Below are positions 35,446 to 45,440 of a stretch of 64,000 bases of DNA, one piece after another. Source of the DNA: Thermoanaerobaculia bacterium (GTDB lineage: Bacteria; Acidobacteriota; Thermoanaerobaculia; Multivoradales; UBA5704); the NCBI GenBank assembly GCA_036503335.1, contig DASXXC010000248.1:11748-75747 (forward strand). Reading direction: 5' to 3'. Each line of letters begins with the position of its first letter. Positions within the stretch are counted from its first letter, which is position 1. Under the pieces are notes generated by a model that saw only the letters and a list, made by a program, of their open reading frames with translations, searched no databases and was not told the DNA's origin. The translations under genes were made by a program, and so were the position numbers.

Positions 35446-36554
35446 CCGGCCACCTCGCGGGCGGCGGCGAGCGCCTCGTCCGGCGTGGCCAGGGAATCCC
35501 GGGATCCCGGCTCGCGGCCCAGGCTGCGGCAGGTCCCGGGGTACCCCCACTGGGCCTGATGCCCGCTCGCCGAGGGGAAGGACTCGCCGAGGAGCACCAC
35601 CGTGGGGCGGCGGAACGCCGCGGCCACGTGCAGCAGCATGCTGGAGTTGCAGAGCACGAGATCGGAGGCGGCGACCAGGGCGAAGGTCTCCCGCAGGCTC
35701 AAGGCAGGGAGGCTCCGGGCCCCGGGGACGCCGGCCGCCATCTCCTCCGTCCAGCCGCGTTCCATGGGGCCCCCCACCACCGCCGCCTCGACCTCCCCGA
35801 GCTCGCCCAGGCGCCGAAGCAGCTCCGCGAACCGCTCCCGGGGCCAGAGCTTGACGGCGAGGCCGCCGCCCGGGCCCACCACCACGCGTCGCCCGCGCGG
35901 GCCGGACCACAGACGCTCCCCCGCCTCCCGCTCCCCGGCGCTCAGGAAGATCTGGGGGCGTGCCTCGGGGAGGTCGGTGGCGCCGAGGAGCTCGGCGAAG
36001 CGGAGGGCCGCGCGGCCCACGTGCTCGCCGGGGTCGTAGCGCACCGTGAGGTGGGCGGCGGAGTGGCCGCCGGCGTACCCCCGCACCCCGAGCCGGCAGG
36101 GGATGCCGGCCCGCAGGAGCAGCAATGACCCCCAGGCGCTCCCCACCACGTCGATCCCGACGTCGAACCGGCTCCGGAGCGCCCGGATCTCCGGCGAGCG
36201 CCAGAGATAGGCCAGGCGCCCCGCCGTCCCCTGGCCGCCGGTGTACTTGTTGAACCAGGGGGCCTGGACCGTCACCACCTCGGAGATGTGGGGATTGCCG
36301 CGCAGCACGTCCGCGCTCCAGGGGCCTACGCCGGCCACGACGCGGGCGGCGGGGAAGCGGCGGCGCAGGGCGTCGAAGAGGGGGGTGACGACCAGAACGT
36401 CCCCCACGTCGTTGTTGCGGAGCACGAAGATGGATTCCGGCGCCGCGGGCGGCCGGGCGTCCCGCCGCGGCCGGCCGAGGGCGAAGACCGCGCCCTCGAG
36501 CAGCCCGGCGCCCGCCCCCCGGACGATCCGTCCGGCCGTCCGCCGGAGGCTCAC
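35439..36554 (-). CDS. glycosyltransferase, GT9 (heptosyltransferase-like)
   Basis: GTG 36554 overlaps the upstream TGA. GT9 hallmarks are present: IFVLRNNDVGDVLVVTPLFDALRRRFP and ASDLVLCNSSMLLHVAAAF. Confidence 0.85.
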   Translation of the reverse strand: MSLRRTAGRIVRGAGAGLLEGAVFALGRPRRDARPPAAPESIFVLRNNDVGDVLVVTPLFDALRRRFPAARVVAGVGPWSADVLRGNPHISEVVTVQAPWFNKYTGGQGTAGRLAYLWRSPEIRALRSRFDVGIDVVGSAWGSLLLLRAGIPCRLGVRGYAGGHSAAHLTVRYDPGEHVGRAALRFAELLGATDLPEARPQIFLSAGEREAGERLWSGPRGRRVVVGPGGGLAVKLWPRERFAELLRRLGELGEVEAAVVGGPMERGWTEEMAAGVPGARSLPALSLRETFALVAASDLVLCNSSMLLHVAAAFRRPTVVLLGESFPSASGHQAQWGYPGTCRSLGREPGSRDSLATPDEALAAAREVAGW

Positions 36555-37321
36555 CGCTTCCCTCCCGGCGGCAGGCAGAGCAGGTTGGCCGATCCCTCCA
36601 GCCGCTCCAGGTCCCCGGGGCGGACCGCCTCCTCCCGGCCGTCGCGCAGCAGCCGCAGATCGGAGTAGCCGAGCCCCCTCACGAGATCCGCGATCTCGCC
36701 CGGCCCGTAGCCGAAATCGCGCGTCCAGGCCGGATAGACCTCCAGATGGAGGACCGGATGATGGCGCTCCAGCAGCCCGGCGGCGCCGCGGAGCACCGCC
36801 AGCTCCGCCCCCTCCACGTCGCACTTGAGGAAGTCGATCCGCCGGACCCCGTTCTCCCGGGCGTAGCCGTCGAGCGTGATCAGCGGCGACTCGTGCTCGG
36901 TCACCGCCGGGCCGGCGCTCCAGGAGCCCTCGGCGTGGCGGGCGAGGGAGGCCTGGCCGTGGTCGCTCCCCGGCTGGAAGAGGACGGCCGAGCCCTCCCG
37001 GTCCCCCACGGCCGTCCGGCGGACCCGCACGTTGGGGAAGCGCTGCTCGCGGGCGAGGCTCTCCCGCAGCCGCTCGAAGGTCGCGGGGACCGGCTCGAAG
37101 GCGTGGACCTCCCCGCGGGGGCCGGCGAGATGGGAGAACAGCACCGTGTAGTAGCCGAGGTTGGCGCCGACGTCGAAGACCACGTCCCCGGGACGGACCA
37201 GCCCCAGGAAGGCGATCTTGTCCAGATCGCGCGCCGGCCGGCGGCGGAGGGCGGCGGCATAGAGGGCCGGCCAGCGCGTCAGCAGGAAGTCGATCCGCGA
37301 GCGGAGGGTCCGTCCGGCCAT
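36551..37321 (-). CDS. FkbM-family methyltransferase
   Basis: VFDVGANLGYYTVLFS, HAFEPVPATFERL, and C-terminal IDFLKCDVEGAE. Confidence 0.88.
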   Translation of the reverse strand: MAGRTLRSRIDFLLTRWPALYAAALRRRPARDLDKIAFLGLVRPGDVVFDVGANLGYYTVLFSHLAGPRGEVHAFEPVPATFERLRESLAREQRFPNVRVRRTAVGDREGSAVLFQPGSDHGQASLARHAEGSWSAGPAVTEHESPLITLDGYARENGVRRIDFLKCDVEGAELAVLRGAAGLLERHHPVLHLEVYPAWTRDFGYGPGEIADLVRGLGYSDLRLLRDGREEAVRPGDLERLEGSANLLCLPPGGKR

Positions 37322-37324
37322 GGC

Positions 37325-38290
37325 CTAGAGCCCTCCCAGGAGGGCCCGCAGGGGGAGCCGCCGATGCCGGCCGTTACCCCAAGAGGTGGAGAAGTAGGGA
37401 GCCACCCGCAGGCCGGCCCGGAAGGCCCGCCAGCGCTGACCCCGCGCGAGGCCGGAAGCGTAGTAGGCCAGGAGATCCTCCACGAAGCGCCGGTCGCCGT
37501 CGTCGAGCAGGGGGAGCTCCAGGGCGTCGCGCAGCCGCGCGCTCTCGGCCTCGCACCGGCGGCGCCAGCCCTCCCGGAAGCTGCCGTCCAGCAGGGCCCG
37601 CCCCAGCCCCTCCTGGCGGACCCGCTCCTCCGGCTCCGCCCAGGTCAGGCTGGCCCGGTGGCGGCGGTAGACCTGGAGCCGCTCGTCCAGATAGACGATC
37701 CCGCCCATCTTCGAGGCCACCAGGGCCAGCCAGGCGTCGTGATAGGGCTGGTGCGGCGGGATGGGCAGGGCGTGGGGAACGAGCTCCCGGCGGAACATCA
37801 TGCTGTGGCTCACCACCCAACTCTCGGCCAGCAGGTAGCGGGTGGGCCGGCCGCTGCCGTGGGCGCGGGCGAAGCGGAAGATTGGCTCGAACGCCGCCTC
37901 GACCTTCCGCTCGCCGTCCAGGTCGATGTATTCCTGGATGTTGCCGTAGATCAGGGTGTGACCGCCGATCCGTTCGGCCAAAGTAGCGATCTTGTGCGGC
38001 TTCCAGACGTCGTCCTGGTCGGAGAGGGCGATGAGATCCCCCCGGCAGAGGGAGATGGCGCGCTCGAAGTTCCTCACCAGCCCCAGAGGCGTGGGGTTGG
38101 CCTCCCAGCGCAGCCCCCGCTCGCGGGCATACTCGGCGAGGATCTCCGGGGTGCCGTCGGTCGAGGCGTCGTCGGTGACCACCACCTCCAGATGGGGCCA
38201 GGTCTGGGCGTAGATCGAGTCGAGCTGCTCGCGCAGATAGGGGGCCCCGTTGCGGGTGGCCATGGCGACGGAGACGAGAGGGGCGGTCAC
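37325..38290 (-). CDS. glycosyltransferase, GT2
   Basis: VSVAMATRNGAPYLREQLDSIYAQT, VVVTDDASTDGT and SDQDDVW. Confidence 0.9.
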   Translation of the reverse strand: MTAPLVSVAMATRNGAPYLREQLDSIYAQTWPHLEVVVTDDASTDGTPEILAEYARERGLRWEANPTPLGLVRNFERAISLCRGDLIALSDQDDVWKPHKIATLAERIGGHTLIYGNIQEYIDLDGERKVEAAFEPIFRFARAHGSGRPTRYLLAESWVVSHSMMFRRELVPHALPIPPHQPYHDAWLALVASKMGGIVYLDERLQVYRRHRASLTWAEPEERVRQEGLGRALLDGSFREGWRRRCEAESARLRDALELPLLDDGDRRFVEDLLAYYASGLARGQRWRAFRAGLRVAPYFSTSWGNGRHRRLPLRALLGGL

Positions 38291-38952
38291 GGCTTGCGGG
38301 CCCGGGTCAGGAACTGGAAGACGAAGAAGTCGTGCAGCCGGCCGAAGGTCAGCCGGTCGAGCGCCTTGTGGCGGAGGCCGTAGGCCCCCATGGTCTCCTC
38401 CATCCGCTCCACCACCAGCCCGGCCCCCTCGAACAGCTCGCGCACGTTGCGCCGGCAGAAGAAGCGCAGGTGGGAGCGGTCGAGCAGGCCGGCGGGCGCG
38501 TAGCGGAAATCCCCCTGGAGGACGATCGCCCGCAGCGCCCGGTGGTTGCGGATGTTGGGGATGCTGCTCAGGAAGAGCCCCCCCGGCCGCAGGTAGCGGG
38601 CCAGGCGGGCCACCGCCCGCCAGGGGTCGACCAGGTGCTCCAGCACGTCGGCGCAGAGCACGGCGTCGAAGCCGCCGGCCGGCAGGTCGAGCTCGAGCGC
38701 CTCGAAGTTGCCGTGGATGAAGCGGTCGACCCCCGGCGCCCCTCCCTCCGGCTCGGCGAGGTCGATGCCCACCGTATGGGAGGCGAGCCCCATCTCCTTC
38801 GCGGCCCGGAGGGTCGCGCCGTCGCCGGCCCCCAGCTCCAGCAGCCGCAGGCCGCCGCCGGAAGGGAGCAGGCGGAGGAGCTCCAGCCGGGCGGCGGCGT
38901 AGTACCCCCGCTCCTTCTCCTCGTAGAGGCGGGCCGTGGCGTCCGTTGTCAT
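38287..38952 (-). CDS. class I SAM-dependent methyltransferase
   Basis: Motif I LLELGAGDGA and post-I DAVLCADVLEHL. Confidence 0.88.
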   Translation of the reverse strand: MTTDATARLYEEKERGYYAAARLELLRLLPSGGGLRLLELGAGDGATLRAAKEMGLASHTVGIDLAEPEGGAPGVDRFIHGNFEALELDLPAGGFDAVLCADVLEHLVDPWRAVARLARYLRPGGLFLSSIPNIRNHRALRAIVLQGDFRYAPAGLLDRSHLRFFCRRNVRELFEGAGLVVERMEETMGAYGLRHKALDRLTFGRLHDFFVFQFLTRARKP

Positions 38953-40142
38953 CCCCGGATCTCCTCCAGGCGGCGCAGATAGGCCTCGCGGGTCGCCGCC
39001 GCGATCTCCCGCCAGGAGAGCCGGGCGGCGGCCCGCAGGCTGTCCTCGGCGAGCTCGGCGTAGCGGTCCGGCGGCAGCAGGAGGAGCCCGGCCACCCGGC
39101 CGGCGAAGGCGTCCGTGTCCCCGAGGGGGACCATGGCGGGATTTTCGAGCAGGCTCATGGTGTCCCGCGGGCCGGGGGCGTCGTAGGTCACGGTGGGGAG
39201 CCCGGCCGCCAGCTTCTCCAGCACCGAGAAGCCGAACCCCTCCAGATAGCCGGGGAAGGCGCCCACGGTGGCGCCGGCCAGCAGCGGGGGCAAGCCCCGG
39301 CTCTCATAGCGGGGCACCACCTCCAGGGCCGCGCGGTCCTCCGGGCGGAAGCCGGCGAGCACGTAGTCGCGGTCGTGCCCCGTCCCCAGGAACAGGAAGC
39401 GGGCGTCCGGCACCCGCTCGCGCACCCGCCGCACGATCGCCGGCCAGTCGCGCGACCCCTTGCGGCTGTTCCAGGCGCCGATGAAGGCCACCGTGCGCGC
39501 CGCCAGCCGTTCGGCCACGCCGGCCCGGGCGGCGCGGAAGGCCTCCCGCCGGGCCTCCGGCAGGCCGAAGGGGAACATCACCACCTTGTTCCCGAAGCCC
39601 ATCCCCTCGGCGACCGCCTTCAGGTCGTCCCGGTTCGAGACGTTGATCAGGTCGGCGTGGCGGAAGCTCCGCTCCACGTCGCGCAGCCGGCGGCGGTGCC
39701 CCGGCCAGGTGAGCGCCCGATAGACCAGCCGGCGGGCGGAGGGGGGCTCCGGCCACCGCCGGGCCGCCCAGCGCTCGAAATCCTCGTAGGCCGGGATCAG
39801 CCCCACCGAGCGGGCGACCAGCAGGCCGGAGAAGCCGAGGTCCCGCTTGGGGAAGGGGAGGTCGGTCTGATTGGCGTCGATCACGTCGAAGCGGTGGCCG
39901 TGGGCCCGCACGTGGTCGCGGGCGCGCGCCGCGAAGCTGCGGTTGCTGCGCAGGAAGTCGCGCACCCGCAGGGCGCTCCCCGGGCGGGCCGGGGGGACGG
40001 GCGGAAAGGCGTCCTCGTAGCTGAATTTCTCCACGTGGTCCCCGCGGGCCGCCAGCTCCTCGCCCAGCTCGATCTGCGCCCGCGGCCCCCCCAGGTTGGG
40101 GCTCCATTCGGTGTGGATCACCATCAGGATGCGCAGGCTCAA
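38949..40142 (-). CDS. glycosyltransferase, GT4
   Basis: TTG 40142 (LSLRILMVIHTEW) overlaps the upstream TGA. An alternative start is ATG 40124. The C-terminus is GYLEGFGFSVLEKLAAGLPTVTYD. Confidence 0.8.
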   Translation of the reverse strand: MSLRILMVIHTEWSPNLGGPRAQIELGEELAARGDHVEKFSYEDAFPPVPPARPGSALRVRDFLRSNRSFAARARDHVRAHGHRFDVIDANQTDLPFPKRDLGFSGLLVARSVGLIPAYEDFERWAARRWPEPPSARRLVYRALTWPGHRRRLRDVERSFRHADLINVSNRDDLKAVAEGMGFGNKVVMFPFGLPEARREAFRAARAGVAERLAARTVAFIGAWNSRKGSRDWPAIVRRVRERVPDARFLFLGTGHDRDYVLAGFRPEDRAALEVVPRYESRGLPPLLAGATVGAFPGYLEGFGFSVLEKLAAGLPTVTYDAPGPRDTMSLLENPAMVPLGDTDAFAGRVAGLLLLPPDRYAELAEDSLRAAARLSWREIAAATREAYLRRLEEIRG

Positions 40143-41197
40143 AGACCGTACGCCTCCAGGCAGCGGCCGGCGACCTTTTCCCAGGTGAATCGCTCCTCGA
40201 CCCGCTGGCGGGCTCCGGTGGAGAGGCGGCGCCAGAGCTCCAGATCCCCCCGCAGCCGCTCCAGGGCTCCGCCGATGGCGGCGGGATCGTTCGGCGGCAC
40301 CAGGAGGCCGCTCACCTCGGGCTCCACGATCTCGGGGAGAGAGGCCGCGTCCGAGGCGATCACCGGGCACCCCCGGGCCATCGCCTCCACCAGCGCCAGG
40401 CCGAACAGCTCGTGGACTCCGGCCGAGCCGTCCGGCCCCACCGGCGTGGGATGGACGAGCGCCATGGCCCGGCCCAGCCGCCCGATCACCTCCGCGTCCG
40501 GCAGCGGGCCGTGGAAGCGGACGTCCTTGCCCGCCGCGAGCGACCGCAGGCGTTCGAGATAGCCCGGGTCGAGCAGCGGGCCGATGACGTGGAGGGGGAT
40601 GCCCGGCGGCAGCCCCTCGATCAGGAAGTGGACCCCTTTGTGCGGCAGCACCCGGCCGAGGAAGACGGCCGAGCCGTCGTGCTCCCCCTCCGGTCGCATG
40701 GGATAGCGGCCGAGGTCCACGCCGCCGTGGATCACCTGGTAGCGCCGGTTGCGGCCGTGGAGCCCGCGGGCGGCGTACTCCGAGATCGGCAGATGGGCGG
40801 CGATCCAGCGCGACTGGTCGATCTGATAGGCCGGCGTCCAGTCGCCGCCTCCCAGGTCGGAGACGAACACCCGGCTCCCCCGCAGCCGGCCGGTGAGGGC
40901 GGCCAGGAAGGTGGGGAGCACGAAGTACTGGTGGCAGTGGATCACGTCCGCGCCCTTGAGCTCGCGGAACAGGCCGGGAGAGAAGGGGACCATGGGGCGC
41001 GGCCCCCAGCTCCGCAGGATCACCCGCTCGAAATGGGAGGCCGGCCGCTCGCGGATCTCCCGCGGTCCGAAGCTCACCAGCTTGACCTCGGCCCGGCCGG
41101 CCATCGCCCGCGCCAGCTCCTCGGCGAAGCGCTCGCCGCCGCCGAGCGCCGACTCGGGGGCGAAGTAGGTGGGGGTGACGTGGCAGACCCGCAGCAT
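40139..41197 (-). CDS. glycosyltransferase, GT4
   Basis: MLRVCHVTPTYFAPESALGGGERFAEEL, FLGRVLPHKGV and FGLALVEAMARGCPVIASD. Confidence 0.9.
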   Translation of the reverse strand: MLRVCHVTPTYFAPESALGGGERFAEELARAMAGRAEVKLVSFGPREIRERPASHFERVILRSWGPRPMVPFSPGLFRELKGADVIHCHQYFVLPTFLAALTGRLRGSRVFVSDLGGGDWTPAYQIDQSRWIAAHLPISEYAARGLHGRNRRYQVIHGGVDLGRYPMRPEGEHDGSAVFLGRVLPHKGVHFLIEGLPPGIPLHVIGPLLDPGYLERLRSLAAGKDVRFHGPLPDAEVIGRLGRAMALVHPTPVGPDGSAGVHELFGLALVEAMARGCPVIASDAASLPEIVEPEVSGLLVPPNDPAAIGGALERLRGDLELWRRLSTGARQRVEERFTWEKVAGRCLEAYGL

Positions 41198-41198
41198 C

Positions 41199-42500
41199 TC
41201 ACGGCATCCATTGCACCCACCGGGGGCGGAAGAAGCCGGTCAGGGTGATCATCATCTGGAGCGACAGGCCCACGGCGCCCGAGAGCAGGTTGAAGGAGAG
41301 CACCCCCGAAGTCCGCGACAGCGGCAGGACGGCCACCATGACCGCCTGGGCGGCGATGAGGAGCACCACCGCCAGCCCCTCCCAGCGGTTCCAGGAGCGG
41401 GCGAGGTTGACCGACACCGCGTACCCCCCGACGAGGGTGAATCCGGAGGAGCCGACGGTCAGCAGCAGCTCCGTATACAGCCCGGAGTACTTCCTGCCCA
41501 GGAGCAGCAGGAAGAGGTCGGGGACCACGGCCGCGGCGAGGAGGACCGCCGCCGCGATGCCCAGGAGCAGGGCGCCGAACTGGAGATAGCGCCGCCAGTA
41601 GAGCCGCTCGTCGGTGATCCGCGCCAGCCGGGGGAGGAAGACCACGCCCGTCAGGCTGGAGAAGATCCCCATGATCAGGCCGAGCCGCCCCAGGGCGCCC
41701 ACCTCGGCGATGTTGCGGGTCGAGCCGAAGGTGGCCGCCAGCCAGACGGTGAGCGGCCCCTGGATCGAGAAGTAGAGGGCGCTCGGCAGGCTGGGCAGCA
41801 GGTAGCGCAGGATCTTCCGGCGGTAGGGGGCGAGGTCCTCGGCGATCCGGACCGGGCTGGCGGGCTTGGTCAGGAACGAGGTCAGGGCCATGCCGAGCCC
41901 GGCGGAGAGCACGCCCAGCCAGGCCCACAGGGCGCCCGCCGCGGCCATCGCCAGGGCGATGGCGAGCCGGAGCCCGGAGCCCGCCACCTCCGCCCGGTAG
42001 GACTGGCCGTAGCGGTCGAGCAGGCGCAGGGCCAGCACCCGCACCGAGGAGCTGAGCTGGAACCAGGCGCAGAGGATGATCCCCGCCGCCGCCGGCAGCG
42101 ACTCCCGCAGGCCGAACCCGCGGGCGGCCGAGGCGCGCGGGAAGGCCGCGGCCACCGCGAGCGCGCCCGCCAGGAAGGCCACCTTGCGCAGCGAGAGCAC
42201 GGCCGCCACGAAGCGCCGCAGCTCCCCCTCCTCCCCCTGCGAGCGGCGGAAGAAGAAGACCAGCGAGGAGGTGCTCCCGAGGTCCGAGAGGAAGGTGAAG
42301 AAGGTGACCACCGAGGTCGCCAGCGTGTAGAGGGCGAACTCCCGCACCGGCATCAGGTTGACGAACAGCAGCCCGGCCAGGATGCCCAGGGCTTGCGTGA
42401 GCGTCTGGGCGGTGAGGTAGGCGGCGAGGATGCGGGTCCAGCGGGAGAGCCATCCTCCCTCCGCCGGGGCGGGGGTGAGGGCGCGGGCGGGGACGCTCAC
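41199..42500 (-). CDS. polysaccharide flippase (Wzx / MOP superfamily)
   Basis: GTG 42500 overlaps the asnB-like TGA. There are about 12 TM segments with typical Wzx composition. The ORF-track N-terminal 114 aa is a shadow extension. Confidence 0.8.
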   Translation of the reverse strand: MSVPARALTPAPAEGGWLSRWTRILAAYLTAQTLTQALGILAGLLFVNLMPVREFALYTLATSVVTFFTFLSDLGSTSSLVFFFRRSQGEEGELRRFVAAVLSLRKVAFLAGALAVAAAFPRASAARGFGLRESLPAAAGIILCAWFQLSSSVRVLALRLLDRYGQSYRAEVAGSGLRLAIALAMAAAGALWAWLGVLSAGLGMALTSFLTKPASPVRIAEDLAPYRRKILRYLLPSLPSALYFSIQGPLTVWLAATFGSTRNIAEVGALGRLGLIMGIFSSLTGVVFLPRLARITDERLYWRRYLQFGALLLGIAAAVLLAAAVVPDLFLLLLGRKYSGLYTELLLTVGSSGFTLVGGYAVSVNLARSWNRWEGLAVVLLIAAQAVMVAVLPLSRTSGVLSFNLLSGAVGLSLQMMITLTGFFRPRWVQWMP

Positions 42501-44254
42501 CGGAAGGCCTCCAGCACCCGCAGGGCCAGCCACCGCGACCGTTCCCCCGGCCGTTTCGCGGCCAGCTCCGGCCGCATCCACTCGGCCACCGGGATGTAGA
42601 ACCCGGTCTTGGGCCGCGCCAGGACCTCCGTGGGGAGCTCCGGGGCGGCCCGCCGCACCAGCTCCGCCTTGCCCGCGCTCCGGGCGGGCTCGAACCCGTT
42701 CGCGGCCAGCCGCCGGTAGAGCCAGGCGTCCACCAGCGGCACCCGCAGCTCGACCGACCAGGCCATGGAGGCCCAGTCCGAGTCGCGCAGGAGCTGGTTG
42801 CGCATGTAGCGGGCGCTCTCCAGGAGATGGACGGCCGTCCACCCCTCGGCGGCCCGGCCGTTGCCGGCCGCGAGCACCCGCGCGGCGTCCGCCACCGGGT
42901 CGTAGCTCCGCAGCCCCTCGGAGGCGGCGTCGCGGCCCATCAGGCCGGGGAGCTCCTCGGGGAGGAAAAGCCCCCGGCGGAGGAAGTAGGCGCCGGGGAG
43001 CGTGCGGCCGTAGCGGAGGAGCCCCTGGAGCTTCGGGCGGCCGGAGGCGAAGGCCTTCGCGAGCGGCGGCCAGGCCGCGGGGAGGCCCGGCACCCGGCCC
43101 AGCCTCCGCGCCATCCGCTCCAGCCGGGGCACGTCCACGAACGAGGGATAGCTGCCGAAGGCCTCGTCTCCGCCCAGGCCGGAGAGCACCACCTTCAGCC
43201 CCGCCTCGTGCGCCGCCCGGCTCACCACCCAGGTGTTGAAGCCGTCGATGCTCGGCTGGTCCATGGCCGCGAGCGCCCCTTCCCAGAGGTCCCCGCAGTC
43301 GGCCCGGCCCACCCGGCGCTCCACGTGGCGGGTCCCCAGGCGGCGCGCCACCTCGGCGGCGAGCGGCGCCTCGTCCTGGGGCGTCCCCTCCAGGGCGTCG
43401 AAGCGGAGGGTGAACGTGGCCGGCGGCTCCGGCAGGTGGCGCCTGGCGAGCGCCGCGATCAGGCTGGAATCGAGCCCCGCCGAGAGGAAGACGGCCACCG
43501 GCACGTCCGAGACCAGATGCGCCCGCACCGAATCCTCGACCGCCGCCGCGGGCTCCATCGGCTCGATTTTCGGGATCTCGAATGACGCGGGCTCACCCAC
43601 CTGGCCGTCCCGGACGAGCAGGAAATGCCCGGCCGGCAGGGCCCGCACCGCCTTGCGGAGGGTGAACGGCTCGGGGACCGATCCCCAGAGGAGGAATCCG
43701 GCCATCCCGGCGGGATCGATCTCGCGGGAGACCGCGCCCCCCCGCTCCAGCGCCTTCACCTGCGAGGCGAAGCGGAGGTATCCGCCCGCGGTCGAGACGT
43801 AGAGCGGCTTGATGCCCAGCGGATCGCGGGCCAGGAGCAGCGTCCCCTCCCGCCCGTCCCAGATCGCCAGCCCGAACATCCCCCGCAGGCGGGAGAGCAT
43901 GGCCGCCCCCTCGCGGGCGTAGAGGGCGAGCACCACCTCCGTATCGCTGTGCGACCGGAAGGAGACCCCCTGGGCTTCCAGCTCCCGGCGAAGCTCCCGG
44001 AAGTTGTAGATCTCGCCGTTCATCACCAGCCGGAAGCGGCCGTCCGCCGAGGCCATGGGCTGGGCCCCGGCCTCCGAGAGGTCGAGGATCGCCAGCCGCC
44101 GGCTAGCCAGCCCCACCCGGCCGTCCTCCGCGATCCAGGCCCCACAGCCGTCCGGCCCCCGGGCGGTCATGGCGTCGCGGGTGCGCAGGAGCTCATCCCC
44201 ATCGACCGGAGGGGCCGAATCCGCCAGGCGGAGGATGCCGTTGATGCCGCACAT
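42497..44254 (-). CDS. asparagine synthase (glutamine-hydrolysing), AsnB-like amidotransferase
   Basis: MCGINGIL (Ntn Cys2), NGEIYNFRELR, and the PP-loop FLSAGLDSS. Confidence 0.93.
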   Translation of the reverse strand: MCGINGILRLADSAPPVDGDELLRTRDAMTARGPDGCGAWIAEDGRVGLASRRLAILDLSEAGAQPMASADGRFRLVMNGEIYNFRELRRELEAQGVSFRSHSDTEVVLALYAREGAAMLSRLRGMFGLAIWDGREGTLLLARDPLGIKPLYVSTAGGYLRFASQVKALERGGAVSREIDPAGMAGFLLWGSVPEPFTLRKAVRALPAGHFLLVRDGQVGEPASFEIPKIEPMEPAAAVEDSVRAHLVSDVPVAVFLSAGLDSSLIAALARRHLPEPPATFTLRFDALEGTPQDEAPLAAEVARRLGTRHVERRVGRADCGDLWEGALAAMDQPSIDGFNTWVVSRAAHEAGLKVVLSGLGGDEAFGSYPSFVDVPRLERMARRLGRVPGLPAAWPPLAKAFASGRPKLQGLLRYGRTLPGAYFLRRGLFLPEELPGLMGRDAASEGLRSYDPVADAARVLAAGNGRAAEGWTAVHLLESARYMRNQLLRDSDWASMAWSVELRVPLVDAWLYRRLAANGFEPARSAGKAELVRRAAPELPTEVLARPKTGFYIPVAEWMRPELAAKRPGERSRWLALRVLEAFR

Positions 44255-45357
44255 CAGCCGATCAACCTCTCCAGCAGGGGCCGCAGCCGCTCGCGGAACC
44301 GCTCCAGGCCCAGCTCCTTCCGCCAGCGCTCGAAGCCGGCCTCGCCCATCCTTTTGGCCTCTCCGGGATAGTCGAGCAGGCGGCCGAGGGCGCCCCGCAG
44401 CTCCTCGCGGTCGTCCGGATTGACCAGGAGACCGGTGGCGCCGTCCACCACGATCTCCTCGGCGGCGCTGTCCCGGGCGGCCAGCACCGGCTTGCCCGCC
44501 CGCATCGCCTCCAGGTAGACGAGCCCGAACCCCTCGCCGCGGCTCGGCATGGCGAAGGCCGCGCAGCGCCGGTAGAGCTCCATCAGAGTCGCCTCGCTGG
44601 TGAAGCCCGTGAAGAGGACGCGGTCGGAGATCCCCAGCGCCGCCGCCTTGGCCTCCAGCCGGTGGCGGTCGTCGCCGTCGCCGGCCACCACCAGCCGGGC
44701 GTCCGGGACCCGCACCAGCGCCTCCAGGAGCTGGTCGTGCCCTTTATACCGCTCGCGGGGGTCCATGCGCCCCACGATCAGAAAGAACCCGCGGCCCAGG
44801 CGGCCGAGCAGGGGGGCGTCCACCGCCCCCTCGGGCCGGCGATCCTCCAAAGCCAGAGGGAGGACGGGCGCGCCGTTCAGCCCCGGGACGAAGGGCCTGG
44901 CCCGCTCCCGGGTGTGGGCCGAGATGGCGAAGAGCACCGTGGCATGGGCGAGCGCCCGGCGGCGGTCCCACTTGAGGGGCCGCCAGACCTCGATCCCGTA
45001 GAGGGGGATGAGGTAGGGCGCGCGGAGGAACGCCGGCAGATAGCTCTGCGTCCGCGCCAGCCCCAAGAGATCGAAGACGAAGGCCGCCCGGCGGTCCCTC
45101 ACCTGGCGCTTCCAGACCTCCATCGCCAGCGCCCGTTGATGATCCTCGAAGCCACGGACGGGGGCCTCGCTCTCCGGAGGCTCGCTGCCGTCGAGCGTCA
45201 GGATCTCGAAGCCGAGCCCCCGCTCGCGGGCGAAGGCGGCGCACCCGTCCGCCAGGAGGCGGCCGGCCAGGGCCCGCCCCCCGCCGTCCAATCCCAGGCC
45301 GGCGGAGACGAAGACGAGATCGCGTCGGGGCTTCATGATCGGTTTGATCGGTTGCAA
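44254..45357 (-). CDS. glycosyltransferase, GT4
   Basis: The C-terminus is PSRGEGFGLVYLEAMRAGKPVLAARD. An alternative start is ATG 45336 (MKPRRDLVFVS). Confidence 0.85.
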   Translation of the reverse strand: MQPIKPIMKPRRDLVFVSAGLGLDGGGRALAGRLLADGCAAFARERGLGFEILTLDGSEPPESEAPVRGFEDHQRALAMEVWKRQVRDRRAAFVFDLLGLARTQSYLPAFLRAPYLIPLYGIEVWRPLKWDRRRALAHATVLFAISAHTRERARPFVPGLNGAPVLPLALEDRRPEGAVDAPLLGRLGRGFFLIVGRMDPRERYKGHDQLLEALVRVPDARLVVAGDGDDRHRLEAKAAALGISDRVLFTGFTSEATLMELYRRCAAFAMPSRGEGFGLVYLEAMRAGKPVLAARDSAAEEIVVDGATGLLVNPDDREELRGALGRLLDYPGEAKRMGEAGFERWRKELGLERFRERLRPLLERLIG

Positions 45358-45440
45358 GGGGGCCCGGGCAGGCTCCGCCCCCTTCGGTGTACATCACGGA
45401 AGACACCGAGGGGTGGGCGCCACACGGGCGCCAGAAGGCT

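Noticed and set aside
24630-42842. N-terminal extensions of ORF-track entries 24630..26513, 28668..30998, 29789..31048, 32037..34283, 34480..35910, 35439..36824, 38949..40370 and 41199..42842
   Set aside because: Each extension overlaps the well-supported upstream gene in another frame and is Arg/Pro/Gly-rich. In every case a start codon (ATG, GTG or TTG) sits exactly at the upstream stop, and recognisable protein sequence begins there.
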